Shown here: positions 54,235-63,187 of the stretch, piece by piece
Position numbering within the stretch: position 1 is the stretch's first letter
Layout of the letters: each line of letters starts with the position of its first letter
Source of the DNA: a virus
Length of the DNA stretch: 64,000 nt
IMG/VR virus record: IMGVR_UViG_3300015371_000011
Coordinates: 1-64,000 of that record
Reading direction: 5' to 3' (one strand)
Program-made: the position numbers and the translations under genes
The notes under the pieces: generated by a model
Told to the model about the DNA's origin: nothing
Database searches by the model: none
Seen by the model: the letters and a program-made list of their open reading frames with translations, nothing else

Positions 54235-54455
54235 TGGACCCTCTGAATAAAATCCCATGCCCAATGCGTCGGGATAGGATTGATTTGATATTGAATCACG
54301 TCACCGTTAAACCAGATTCGCGCATGCACTGAACGGCCTTCTCTCCATACTTCGCGATGCATATAGCCTTCACCGATAATCCAAGTTCCATACTCACCCT
54401 TGGCGGCAAGCAGGGTATAAGGCCGCTTTTGATGAAATGCTGTTTGTGGTTTCAT
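54231..54455 (-). CDS. Hypothetical protein
   Basis: SD AAGGAGG; coupled. Confidence 0.6.
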   Translation of the reverse strand: MKPQTAFHQKRPYTLLAAKGEYGTWIIGEGYMHREVWREGRSVHARIWFNGDVIQYQINPIPTHWAWDFIQRVQ

Positions 54456-54778
54456 AACCGTGCCTCCTTTGGCTTGCGCTTGGCCTCGGCCAAGGCGTCT
54501 AGAGTTTTATAGGCCGGTCCTCGCAATGTGTTGCACCGTATACAAACCGGCTCGACTTTTAATGGCTCAAAATAATCTCGATGGTCGTAGCTTTCCGCTT
54601 CTTCTCCGCAGTCAACACATTTCGGAATCTCGTGTTTTTCCAGACATGCGTTAGCATTCCGACCAAGGCGAAATAATATGCCCTGTGAAAAGGCACGCAT
54701 TAATTGTCTCGCCGCTAACCTCTGCATGGTTCTATATTCGTCTACTACAGCGCTGTCGTATTGAATCAATAACTTCAT
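54452..54778 (-). CDS. HNH-like Zn-finger nuclease
   Basis: CVDCG..YDHRDY..VEPVCIRCN. Confidence 0.7.
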   Translation of the reverse strand: MKLLIQYDSAVVDEYRTMQRLAARQLMRAFSQGILFRLGRNANACLEKHEIPKCVDCGEEAESYDHRDYFEPLKVEPVCIRCNTLRGPAYKTLDALAEAKRKPKEARL

Positions 54779-54954
54779 GACCGCGCCTCGTGTTGCGGCG
54801 GTTTCTTTGGCATCTGCGCTAGTGCGCGCCTAATAAGAAAAAGCGCTTGTTTGCCAATGGAACGATTTTCATCGGCTGCCTGTCTTTCCACTTCCTGTTT
54901 GATGGACAACGGTAGCCGAATAAGGATGGTGGACGTTTTTGATTTCGATTGCAT
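54775..54954 (-). CDS. Arc-like ribbon-helix-helix regulator
   Basis: ILIRLPLSIKQEVERQAADENRSI. Confidence 0.8.
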   Translation of the reverse strand: MQSKSKTSTILIRLPLSIKQEVERQAADENRSIGKQALFLIRRALAQMPKKPPQHEARS

Positions 54955-54960
54955 GACATA

Positions 54961-54989
54961 CTTATACACACGGTATCAAAGTGTGTCAA
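54961..54989 (-). promoter_or_regulatory. Sigma70 early promoter with palindromic operator, leaderless
   Basis: TTGACA-17-TATAAG with TG extension; ACACAC..GTGTGT; ATG 6 nt after the -10. Confidence 0.8.
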
Positions 54990-55037
54990 CGCTATTTATC
55001 GGGCAAACGTGATTTATTATATGGCGAAAATGCCCGA

Positions 55038-58000
55038 CTAGCGGGAATAGATGGTGGCGTTGTAGTGAAGGTTGACGAGGTTGACGCTGGTAACGGTATT
55101 GCCGAATTCGGTAAAATATATGGTCATCGGCGCATAGGTCGTCACTAGGGTCTTGGCAAGCGTATAGCTCTTTTTCTGTGCGTTTCCTACGGATATGGAA
55201 TCCATAAAAAGGCGGTTGGTGTAGTCCGTTAGATAATCTCCCCACAGTAGGCCAAATCCCGCTGGAGAGTTTATGACGCTCAGGCTATTGGCAATAAATA
55301 CAGGTTCCAGTGCGAGCTGTGGGCCACCGTTACGGGCAAAATCCATAGTGGCTTGCAGAAATACGGTTGCGCCTGATTTGTTAATTGTGATTGCCGCATA
55401 ACTGTGCGGGTATAATCCAGGCGATACAAACGATGGCTCTAATAGCTGCATTGAATCCGCATGCTCGTAAAACAGATAATCAACGGTCTGCCCTGTTGAT
55501 ACGAATGTACCGCTGAAACTGATCGTGACTTCCCAATCGCCCAAATAATTACGCACGCCGCGCGTGTTAAAGGGCACGACTTTGTACTGCATGTCGGCCT
55601 GTAGCGAGTCGATCATTACCGTTTCTTCGTAGTGCGTGCCTAAGATAGGCGCGACAAAGCTATAATCCGCCGACGCCTCAATAGTGCGTCGATACAGATC
55701 AAACCCATCAAAGAAGCCGCCGCGGTGTAGCAGCGTATAACGGTCGCCTGAGTTTGGTGGATACGGTGGAAAGCCCACAATGGCAGACTGAAATCCAGGC
55801 GCGTAAAAGGCTTGGTGATCCGAGCCTGTCCAATAATTAATGGTACGGACTGCGCCTTCATTGCCCTTTGCACCTGGCCCAGGGCCGGCCGAGCCGGTAT
55901 TCATGCGAAACATATCGCCGTTGAGCGAATAACGCACAGGGCAATGCGAACCGCTGAGCACTACGTAGGATGACGCCACGGTGCCGAGCTGCCCGCCTTC
56001 TTCTAGCGGTGCCGGCACGACGTCTACATTGAGCAGCGCCGCCACGGTGCCATCCGCCGCTATATTATAAGTAATGCCGCCCTTGACACTTAACGGCTGC
56101 GCTGGCGGTGCGTTCATATCCCAGAATGTAATCGTGCTCACCAGCGTCGGCGTGATCGGCACAGTGGGCACGTACTCCTGCACGACTAATGAATGCTTAG
56201 CCGTTTGCGGGTCGAAATTGATTCGCTTGACGAAACACGTTCTGAGGTCTTCTGACGTGATACCGATGGCCCAGCGGTCGCCGTTTTGCGGTTGAATATT
56301 GAATGGATTGCTAGGGCTAACGGTAATCGTGATAATGCTCGGCGCGCCCGCTGGAGGTGTCGTCGCCACGGTGCGTACTTCGGGCGAGTCGCTTTGGGTG
56401 TGCCATAAATAAAACTCATAAGTGTAGCCGCTATTAACCGTTACCTCGCGGTCGAGCACGACATTGAATAGATCGCCCTCAAGCACGCGCCCACCATAAC
56501 CCATCTCAAAGCCAGTAGTGACGATACCCACTTTGCACATATCGCCAGGCTCAACGGCTAGCGCCTCGATGCCCGTGGCGAATTGCATCTCGCGTACACT
56601 TTGACGGCGCCGTTGCAATTGATAATAGCCCTCGCGTACGGCCTCGGACTCGCGCGTGACGCCGATCAAACTTAAGTCCACATCCTTGATCGGCTCGTTG
56701 CGGCCATAGATGCTGGCCGAGTCCTGCACGAAAATCGTGTCCATGTTGAAATCGGCCATGCGGTTGGGGAATGACAGATTGACTTGATTCGGCGGTGTGG
56801 GATCGGTGGCGCCTATCGTCAATTGAAACGTGCCGGGTAGAATATTGCCCGCATGAAAAATCTGTCGCACGGGCAAGTCGCCGCGGTCGGTTATGATCTT
56901 AAATTTACCTTGACTATAAATAAGCGCTGATCGGTAAAGCCCCAGCATGTCGTTTACCCACTGGATATGCGGCTTCTTCTTGTCCATCACAATGTCTAAA
57001 CAGTGCTGCGGCTCCAAACCGCCTGCGCCGTTGGAGACTTGCGAATCGCATAGCGTGGCAAAATCAATAAAGGACTGAATATTTATGGCCGACGTCGGGA
57101 TAAACGGCCCCATGCCGTAGACCGAATTCGTCATGTAATCCAGAATGCCCCAGGCTGGATTTCTCGTCCATGTGGTCACATAGGTTGTCGTATTGTAGTA
57201 CGCGCGCACGTTACGCCCGCGCAGGACGGCGCTAATCGTAGGTGGTCCGCCCTGAAGTTGATTGGTTGCGATAGCCTTGACGGACAGAAGCGCCGTGCCT
57301 GAATACGTCTCCACCTGCGCATCTGACATTTCGGTAACATTGCGCAGCCAGATATGAGCAAAATCGGCATCGCCTTTGGCTAGGTCGCTGCGCTCATGCT
57401 GAGCTTCGCCTATCCACGTAAGACGAAAATCCCATGCGGCACGACTGGGAAGATTGTAAACTGGCGCATCCCATATCTCGCCCTTGTCCGCACCTGAAAA
57501 TGCACGGTCTTCAGCCGTCGTATAGGTGCCAGCCCCCTGCGGACTATACTCAACGCGATAATAGACAGTCTGCGTCTGCATGCGCGGATTAGTGCCACCA
57601 CGAAAAATCCCCAATCCTTGCAGCGCTGCCACCTGCAACTGCACTCGACTAACCTGATTGCCCTGTGTCGGATAGGTAATGGCCAGACTTGAAATCTCAC
57701 GGCCATCGGCAAATGTGTTGCGCGATAATTCAAAGCCAGGTATGGCCGATTGACTCGAAGCGCCTGTGCGCCAGTCCCATGAGATGTTGAGCGGGTCGTT
57801 CGTGCATAACTCGGAATGCCATATCGCTCCCTCATATTGCCCATATGAAAGATAATGGTCGTAGGCACCCGCAGGCGAAGAGCCGTACCACGGGTCAGCC
57901 GCTACGTCGGGACGGTCGATCCAATATCTATCGGCCGCTGCCTGGCAGATAGCGGACTGCGGTAGTGGATTATTGAAATTAGAAAAGGAGATCCCATTGA

Positions 58001-58538
58001 CCTTGATGCAGTCCACATTGGTAATGGTGCCGCAGCCCTCGCCTAATAGCATGCTTAAAACCTGCTGATTGGGATTGGCCGGGTTGACGTCAATGGCAAG
58101 GCTTAGCAGTTGTCCGCCTGAGGCATGCTCGCCGTACACTACAGGTATCGGCCCGCCCGGTGCATAACTCGTTTTTAATCCGTCCCAACTGTATGTCGTT
58201 GTCTCTTTCGGTGTTTCGAGTTTCGTCGGCTTGGGCCGCATGACCATGCTGACGATGGTGCTGATAAGAGAAATGACGAGCATAATGACTTGGATAACTG
58301 CCAACACAGGGCCGCGTGGCGCAATGTCTATCTCCACCGAGTCGGTCTGCCGTAAAGTCGTGGCTTGCCATTGATCAATTTTAATGCTGTTGACCTTTAC
58401 CTGTGCGACGCACGGCTTGATGCGCTTTAATTCTTCGCGCTGATCGAATAGATAGCCTAGCGTAATGTCGGCAGGCGGTGCTTGCGTGTGCGCAATGTGT
58501 ACCTTGCCGTCGATAATATCGCGCACTTCAATAATCAC
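55038..58538 (-). CDS. Tail tip/host-specificity protein (lambda J-like, with N-terminal gpI-like part)
   Basis: PIPVVYGE..YSGTALL..WTRNPAWGILDYMTN..YGMG..VEPGD. Confidence 0.9.
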   Translation of the reverse strand: MIIEVRDIIDGKVHIAHTQAPPADITLGYLFDQREELKRIKPCVAQVKVNSIKIDQWQATTLRQTDSVEIDIAPRGPVLAVIQVIMLVISLISTIVSMVMRPKPTKLETPKETTTYSWDGLKTSYAPGGPIPVVYGEHASGGQLLSLAIDVNPANPNQQVLSMLLGEGCGTITNVDCIKVNGISFSNFNNPLPQSAICQAAADRYWIDRPDVAADPWYGSSPAGAYDHYLSYGQYEGAIWHSELCTNDPLNISWDWRTGASSQSAIPGFELSRNTFADGREISSLAITYPTQGNQVSRVQLQVAALQGLGIFRGGTNPRMQTQTVYYRVEYSPQGAGTYTTAEDRAFSGADKGEIWDAPVYNLPSRAAWDFRLTWIGEAQHERSDLAKGDADFAHIWLRNVTEMSDAQVETYSGTALLSVKAIATNQLQGGPPTISAVLRGRNVRAYYNTTTYVTTWTRNPAWGILDYMTNSVYGMGPFIPTSAINIQSFIDFATLCDSQVSNGAGGLEPQHCLDIVMDKKKPHIQWVNDMLGLYRSALIYSQGKFKIITDRGDLPVRQIFHAGNILPGTFQLTIGATDPTPPNQVNLSFPNRMADFNMDTIFVQDSASIYGRNEPIKDVDLSLIGVTRESEAVREGYYQLQRRRQSVREMQFATGIEALAVEPGDMCKVGIVTTGFEMGYGGRVLEGDLFNVVLDREVTVNSGYTYEFYLWHTQSDSPEVRTVATTPPAGAPSIITITVSPSNPFNIQPQNGDRWAIGITSEDLRTCFVKRINFDPQTAKHSLVVQEYVPTVPITPTLVSTITFWDMNAPPAQPLSVKGGITYNIAADGTVAALLNVDVVPAPLEEGGQLGTVASSYVVLSGSHCPVRYSLNGDMFRMNTGSAGPGPGAKGNEGAVRTINYWTGSDHQAFYAPGFQSAIVGFPPYPPNSGDRYTLLHRGGFFDGFDLYRRTIEASADYSFVAPILGTHYEETVMIDSLQADMQYKVVPFNTRGVRNYLGDWEVTISFSGTFVSTGQTVDYLFYEHADSMQLLEPSFVSPGLYPHSYAAITINKSGATVFLQATMDFARNGGPQLALEPVFIANSLSVINSPAGFGLLWGDYLTDYTNRLFMDSISVGNAQKKSYTLAKTLVTTYAPMTIYFTEFGNTVTSVNLVNLHYNATIYSR

Positions 58539-58894
58539 AGTGGACGCCCCACGCCGACAATCCTGTGCTCGTATTTGATTAACGGCTCACAAACCACGCC
58601 GCCAAACATCGCACCGCAGTGAAGAAAGTCAGAACCGTTGTTACAAACGATGCCAATATGATTGATGATACCCGGCAGGATTTCGGCAAACATAACAACA
58701 TCGTAAGGCTCAAGTTTGGCTGGCGGCGGTTTGTAGATTTTCACATAGCGCGGCCACGCGATGGCCGATGGCGGCGACTCTGGCAGATCCATACCGCGTT
58801 CTTTGTTGAGCACATAGCGTACAAGTGAATAGCAGTCGAAAGATTGCGGCCCGATGGCTTTCTCTGCGTATGGCGTGCCGACGAGTTCAAGCAT
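58535..58894 (-). CDS. NlpC/P60 tail assembly protein (lambda K-like)
   Basis: GTPY..FDCYSLV..HIGIV..FLH. Confidence 0.88.
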   Translation of the reverse strand: MLELVGTPYAEKAIGPQSFDCYSLVRYVLNKERGMDLPESPPSAIAWPRYVKIYKPPPAKLEPYDVVMFAEILPGIINHIGIVCNNGSDFLHCGAMFGGVVCEPLIKYEHRIVGVGRPL

Positions 58895-59391
58895 TAGAAG
58901 ACAAAGAATTTTGAAGCATTGTACGGAATGGAAGGAAAGTCTTTTCTATTATAATTTCTGCGGGGTCCCTCGCTGTCATAATCAAAATTAAATCCTAGAT
59001 TGAACCTCGCCACTTCGTCAGTGAACACCACGTTTTTTACCTGCATCCTTATTAAGTCTTCCTGCCCCGATGTTGTGAGCGACGGATTCACGAGCCGTAT
59101 CGTCACGTCGTTAAGCGCTAAGTCATTGTCCTTGGCGAAGCGCAGCGCCATGCCTTGAAAGTTAGACACGTCCACCGTCATCTGCGGCAGCGAGCCGTCG
59201 CCGCTTTGCTCTGAGACGCCGACGAGAAAAGGCACTGCAGCGTAAATCTGGCCATTAAAAGTGAGTGTGTCGGGTAGGTTAGTAAACCGCGCAGTGGTGT
59301 TTGGGTTAATTGTTAAGTCTACACAATGGCACCAAGTTGTCTCTTCCATGGCGTTCTTCAATGCGATCAGGGAACTCGAAAATGACTTCAA
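58894..59391 (-). CDS. Minor tail protein (lambda L/DUF1833-like)
   Basis: RFTN..LTFNGQIYAAVPF..LPQMTVDVSN; TTG start, SD AAAGGA. Confidence 0.8.
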   Translation of the reverse strand: MKSFSSSLIALKNAMEETTWCHCVDLTINPNTTARFTNLPDTLTFNGQIYAAVPFLVGVSEQSGDGSLPQMTVDVSNFQGMALRFAKDNDLALNDVTIRLVNPSLTTSGQEDLIRMQVKNVVFTDEVARFNLGFNFDYDSEGPRRNYNRKDFPSIPYNASKFFVF

Positions 59392-59435
59392 TTGAATAAT
59401 CCTTTGACTAAATAATCGTTGTTATATAAATTCAC
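59388..59435 (-). CDS. 15-aa coupling mini-ORF
   Basis: GTG overlaps the TGA at 59432; its own TGA overlaps the TTG start at 59391. Confidence 0.4.
   Translation of the reverse strand: MNLYNNDYLVKGLFN
59404..59432 (+). promoter_or_regulatory. Sigma70-like promoter for the HNH gene, near-leaderless
   Basis: TTGACT-17-TAAATT; ATG 8 nt downstream. Confidence 0.55.
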
Positions 59436-60133
59436 CCCATATGCCATTTGCTAAAGGTCTTTACCGCACACCCATAGAAGAACGATTCAAACGTTTCTGG
59501 GATAAGATGGAAAAACCTGATGATGGCTGTTGGATTTGGCCTGGAAGCAAAGCTGCTGGCTACGGTACTATTTTTGTTGAATATAGAACTAAACATGCCA
59601 CGATGATGAAGGCACACAGATTGTCTTACATGATTCATGTCGGAGCGATTCCACCCGATAAAGAAATTTGCCACAGTTGCGATACCCCACCATGCATACG
59701 TCCTTCCCATCTTTTTCTTGGTACTCATCAAGACAATATTGCGGATGCCAAGCGGAAAGGTCGCATGGCTCATATCGGTCAAAATTCTCCACGTGGCGAG
59801 AATCATCCAACGAGCAAATTGACACAAAATGCCATCAAAGAAATTCGTGCTACTTATGCCGCTGGTGATACTAGCATGAGTACTCTCGGTCAACGATTTG
59901 GTGTTTCCGCTTCTCTTATTTATCACATTGTACGAAACCATCGTTGGAAAGATGTTATCGCTACCGATGCGAGAATGGTTAATCGCGCTAGAAGAACCTC
60001 CGTAGATATAATGAAAGAAATTCAAGAAAGATATTTGGCTGGCGAAACACCTACCCAATTGGGTAAGATTTATAACCTTACTCGTGGCCGTGTTTGGGGT
60101 ATTGGGCATGGCAGATTTAAAAGTTAGCTTCAT
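59432..60133 (-). CDS. Putative antisense bridge ORF (233 aa) over the HNH gene
   Basis: ATGA overlap with the upstream tail gene; codon-aligned with the HNH gene and stop-free. Confidence 0.45.
   Translation of the reverse strand: MKLTFKSAMPNTPNTATSKVINLTQLGRCFASQISFLNFFHYIYGGSSSAINHSRIGSDNIFPTMVSYNVINKRSGNTKSLTESTHASITSGISSTNFFDGILCQFARWMILATWRILTDMSHATFPLGIRNIVLMSTKKKMGRTYAWWGIATVANFFIGWNRSDMNHVRQSVCLHHRGMFSSIFNKNSTVASSFASRPNPTAIIRFFHLIPETFESFFYGCAVKTFSKWHMG
59441..60127 (+). CDS. HNH homing endonuclease with C-terminal HTH domains, antisense to the operon
   Basis: CWIWPG..GYG..AHRLSY..CHSCDTPPCIRPSHLFLGTHQDN..KLTQ; AT-rich. Confidence 0.92.
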   Translation: MPFAKGLYRTPIEERFKRFWDKMEKPDDGCWIWPGSKAAGYGTIFVEYRTKHATMMKAHRLSYMIHVGAIPPDKEICHSCDTPPCIRPSHLFLGTHQDNIADAKRKGRMAHIGQNSPRGENHPTSKLTQNAIKEIRATYAAGDTSMSTLGQRFGVSASLIYHIVRNHRWKDVIATDARMVNRARRTSVDIMKEIQERYLAGETPTQLGKIYNLTRGRVWGIGHGRFKS

Positions 60134-60693
60134 GGCACCAGCGCATTCTCCGTCAACGTGAATTGCGTCTTGTAAACATTACGCGCAATTTGCTCCATCT
60201 TCAGTCCATTCGGATCAAAATTGACAAGATAATTGCACGCCCACTTGGCATATATCTCCTGCCCCGATGACGGTGCCGTACCGAAATCCACCTGCCCCCA
60301 GGTGCGCAGCGTATAGTCGGTGGTAATGGATGTGACGCCCGTATCGGTTGTGAGCATGCGTGCCGAGAAAGAGCTGGCATTCAGGTTTCTATTCGGTAGG
60401 TAGTATGCCGTTGAGCGGCCATCGGCCACGCCAATCAGGCAGTAATTCTCTACCGCGCCAAACTCGCCGCCGTTCCAGTAAAATGGCGTTGCGCCTTGAT
60501 GATAGGCATGCAGCCCTTGCAACTCCTGCATGTGGCTGCGGCTAATGGCGTCGTAGGTAAGCGTGAATCTATACATCGGCCTGCGTGCGCGATTACTGAG
60601 TTGAAACGCCGTCACGTAGTCGGTAAGCACCGAGAATGTCATGGCTTCGCGCGTAAGCGCGTTTGGCGTGAATGAAAGCGTGAGCGGTATCAT
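60130..60693 (-). CDS. Distal tail protein-like (DUF2460-like), paralog 3
   Basis: RPMYRFTLTY..HQGATPFYWNGG..ADG..YYLPNRN..FGTAPSSG. Confidence 0.75.
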   Translation of the reverse strand: MIPLTLSFTPNALTREAMTFSVLTDYVTAFQLSNRARRPMYRFTLTYDAISRSHMQELQGLHAYHQGATPFYWNGGEFGAVENYCLIGVADGRSTAYYLPNRNLNASSFSARMLTTDTGVTSITTDYTLRTWGQVDFGTAPSSGQEIYAKWACNYLVNFDPNGLKMEQIARNVYKTQFTLTENALVP

Positions 60694-60914
60694 GGAGCGT
60701 CCACCCGCCAATCATAGCGGCCGCCGCCGCTGTCAATCTGTGTGCTGAATCGTATCGTCACGGCATTTGTTGACTTGCTGTACACCCATACCGTCGTATT
60801 CCAGCTAGGCGAAATGCCCGTCACGGCCACGCTGTTAGACGCCAGCGCGTGCGAGAATGAGCTGATGCTGGTGCCACTGCCGCAGCTTACCGTGCCGAAT
60901 ACCGTGGTTGTCAT
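60690..60914 (-). CDS. Small beta-rich tail-associated protein
   Basis: Resembles the C-terminus of 60911..62068 (WNTT.W..SK..F.T..GG..DW). Confidence 0.65.
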   Translation of the reverse strand: MTTTVFGTVSCGSGTSISSFSHALASNSVAVTGISPSWNTTVWVYSKSTNAVTIRFSTQIDSGGGRYDWRVDAP

Positions 60915-62068
60915 GACCCCACGATGCTCCAGTCAAAGTAACTGCCGCCGCTATTGGCAGGCGTGGCGAATGTCACCACGTTGAGCGATGCGCTGCGGCT
61001 ACTGATCCACCATGTCGTATTCCAATACGGGACGCCGGTTATAAATTGGCTTGTTGTCGTCATGTTAACCGTGGTCGTGCTGGCCGAGCCTGCCACCACG
61101 TTTGTACCAAAGGACGTTACGCCCGTGACTGCGGACGATGTAATAACGCGGCTTATCCCTGGCACTGCGCGTGTCCGTGCGGCTAGTGTCTTGTGCCATA
61201 GCGGTACGTGCTCGGTGATGCTCGGCGTCTCTTTGGCTTGCGCACGCAAGGCCATGCGCTGTATTGGCGCATGCGCGGTCAGTTGCAGTGCGGTGCGCAA
61301 TCCTACCGCCATGCTTACCCGCACTGTGGTAGCTGGCAAGGTTATAAATGGACTGACATTGGAGACTTCCGCAACATGCGCCCTTAGTGCCATGCGCTGA
61401 ATCGGTGCGTGCTCCGTCATGCGTGCCGAGATTTGCGCCCCTGCGTTCAAGGTAATTTGATACCAAGTCGGCCGGCCCACCGGGTCCACAATCGCGCCAG
61501 GATTCTCGATTAACTGTATTTGTGCGTTGTAAAGGCCAGGGCGAAATTGATCGAGCTTTAGCCCTTCTGGCGGAAAGAATACGCGATAGCGACAGCAGTA
61601 CGCCGCGCGTATGTGGTCGCCGCTGTAAGGCACGGTATCGAATGTCAGCACGCCGCTGGCCGAGGTGAGCGATGCAATGGCGTGCGTCCATGTAGAGTCG
61701 GTATATGAGCCGCCTGAGTAGCGGCGCGTCTTGACGGTATAGCTGGCCGCGTCGATCCAGCGGTTGGGCAAAAAATAGGTTTTGCGCACACCGTCTGCCT
61801 GCGCGATAAAGCATTCGTCTATGAGTCCATATTGCCCGCCATCCCAGTAAAAGGATCGTCCGCCTTGGACATACGCGAATAGCGCAGACAACGATTCGGC
61901 CTCGTGGCGGAGCAGAGGCCCAATGTCCATACTGAAGCGGTAGCTTGGCCGCGGTGAATAATTGAATGCGTGGAAAAACCCCGGCAGGCCCGCTACCGTC
62001 GTGCGCGTTACAGCTTCGCGTGTGACCGTGGGAGAAGGCGAAAAAGTTAAGGTGCGGGGTAGAGCCAT
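60911..62068 (-). CDS. DUF2460-like tail protein, paralog 2, with repeat-containing extension
   Basis: RPSYRF..QGGRSFYWDGGQYG..ADGVRKTYFLPNR; HAPIQRMALRA twice. Confidence 0.75.
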   Translation of the reverse strand: MALPRTLTFSPSPTVTREAVTRTTVAGLPGFFHAFNYSPRPSYRFSMDIGPLLRHEAESLSALFAYVQGGRSFYWDGGQYGLIDECFIAQADGVRKTYFLPNRWIDAASYTVKTRRYSGGSYTDSTWTHAIASLTSASGVLTFDTVPYSGDHIRAAYCCRYRVFFPPEGLKLDQFRPGLYNAQIQLIENPGAIVDPVGRPTWYQITLNAGAQISARMTEHAPIQRMALRAHVAEVSNVSPFITLPATTVRVSMAVGLRTALQLTAHAPIQRMALRAQAKETPSITEHVPLWHKTLAARTRAVPGISRVITSSAVTGVTSFGTNVVAGSASTTTVNMTTTSQFITGVPYWNTTWWISSRSASLNVVTFATPANSGGSYFDWSIVGS

Positions 62069-62224
62069 TCATTCGGGACTTTTTTGTGTCTGTATGCGCG
62101 TGACAATATTTTCCAATGCCGCTTTTTCTTCCTTTAGCTGCTCCACCTGTGCGGCCAGTGCCATGTTTTCCATCATCAATGCGCCGAGCATCTCGCGCAC
62201 GCGTTCGTCAATACTCTTAGCCAT
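62069..62224 (-). CDS. Small coiled-coil protein (51 aa)
   Basis: MAKSIDERVREMLGALMMEN..; fills the gap. Confidence 0.6.
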   Translation of the reverse strand: MAKSIDERVREMLGALMMENMALAAQVEQLKEEKAALENIVTRIQTQKSPE

Positions 62225-62227
62225 TTT

Positions 62228-63187
62228 TCAATTTGGCACGCGCAACGAACGAAACCCCGTTCCACCCGTATCGGCGCCACCGACAAAAACCTGCTGCGCC
62301 ACAACACCACCACCACCATTGTAAGCTACACGCATGGCTGTATAACCCGACGTCGGGTCAGCCGCATCGACTACGAACACATTGTTAGTCGCCGTCGCAT
62401 TGAAGCACTCAATAAGAGTACCGCTTGGATTGGTGTCCGTCTGACGGTAAATAAAAAGTGTTCGCCCCGTATCAGCCGGTTGTTTCAATTGCAGCACTCC
62501 GTCGCCGTCCAGCTTAAAAGCAGACTGCCCGCCGCTTGTAACAATATTGATATAGTTTCCCCACGGCCCTGTCAGTCTCAATCCATCGGCATTACCGCCC
62601 ACGCCGGCCAGGCGTATTGCATAATAGCCCATTGTAATATTATTAGGCGCGACAACACCTACCTGAACATCTATCTGATCCACTGCGGCGCTTAGTGAAT
62701 TGAATTGCGTGGTAACGCCTTCAAGGATACAGTAAAAATAACTGCTCGGTTGATACCCAGCCACGTTTATATCAAACGCGCTGGCGTCGCCCTTTAATCC
62801 TTGGCGCACGTAGATGTTTCCTGCCGTAACCTGCCCTTCGATGTTGGACGTCTCGTAATTGATTTTCTGCGCTGACAGAAAAAGTGTTGCATCCATTGCA
62901 TTGGGACCATTACTGCCTGAGCCTGTAGCGCGGTGCGTAATGCCTAGTGCCGCACGCGACTGCCAGCCGTGGCTGCCTGGGTCATCAACGCCGCTAAAAT
63001 ACACCCGTGTGACGGTATTGGATGTAGGCGAACCGACGGCATCCATGCTCAAAAGTGAGTCTGTGCGAGTATAGATACTGAGCGGCGATTTAACCGTGCC
63101 GCAGGCTGTAAGAGTTACGCCCAAATAATCATTAAGCACCTCGCCCCAGGTATTACCATCGCCAAAGACGGTCGGTAGTCTACTCAT
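62228..63187 (-). CDS. Tail fibre/receptor-binding-like protein
   Basis: RLPTVFGDGNTWGEVLNDYL; beta-rich; ends GGTGFRSLRVPN. Confidence 0.7.
   Translation of the reverse strand: MSRLPTVFGDGNTWGEVLNDYLGVTLTACGTVKSPLSIYTRTDSLLSMDAVGSPTSNTVTRVYFSGVDDPGSHGWQSRAALGITHRATGSGSNGPNAMDATLFLSAQKINYETSNIEGQVTAGNIYVRQGLKGDASAFDINVAGYQPSSYFYCILEGVTTQFNSLSAAVDQIDVQVGVVAPNNITMGYYAIRLAGVGGNADGLRLTGPWGNYINIVTSGGQSAFKLDGDGVLQLKQPADTGRTLFIYRQTDTNPSGTLIECFNATATNNVFVVDAADPTSGYTAMRVAYNGGGGVVAQQVFVGGADTGGTGFRSLRVPN

Noticed and set aside
54976-55245. 89-aa ORF overlapping the end of the J-like gene
   Set aside because: Alternative frame of the tail gene running into a promoter, with no motifs.
714-58828. Many short plus-strand ORFs in the track
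   Set aside because: They are antisense shadows of well-supported minus-strand genes, with no motifs or SD sites.
61065-62072. 335-aa same-strand alternative-frame ORF over tail paralog 2 (similarly 63239..63970 over paralog 1)
   Set aside because: R/H/G-rich with no motifs. The underlying genes are GC3-rich and poor in Lys/Glu/Asp codons, so this frame is naturally low in stops. Treated as shadow ORFs, and they show that long open frames can arise by chance here.
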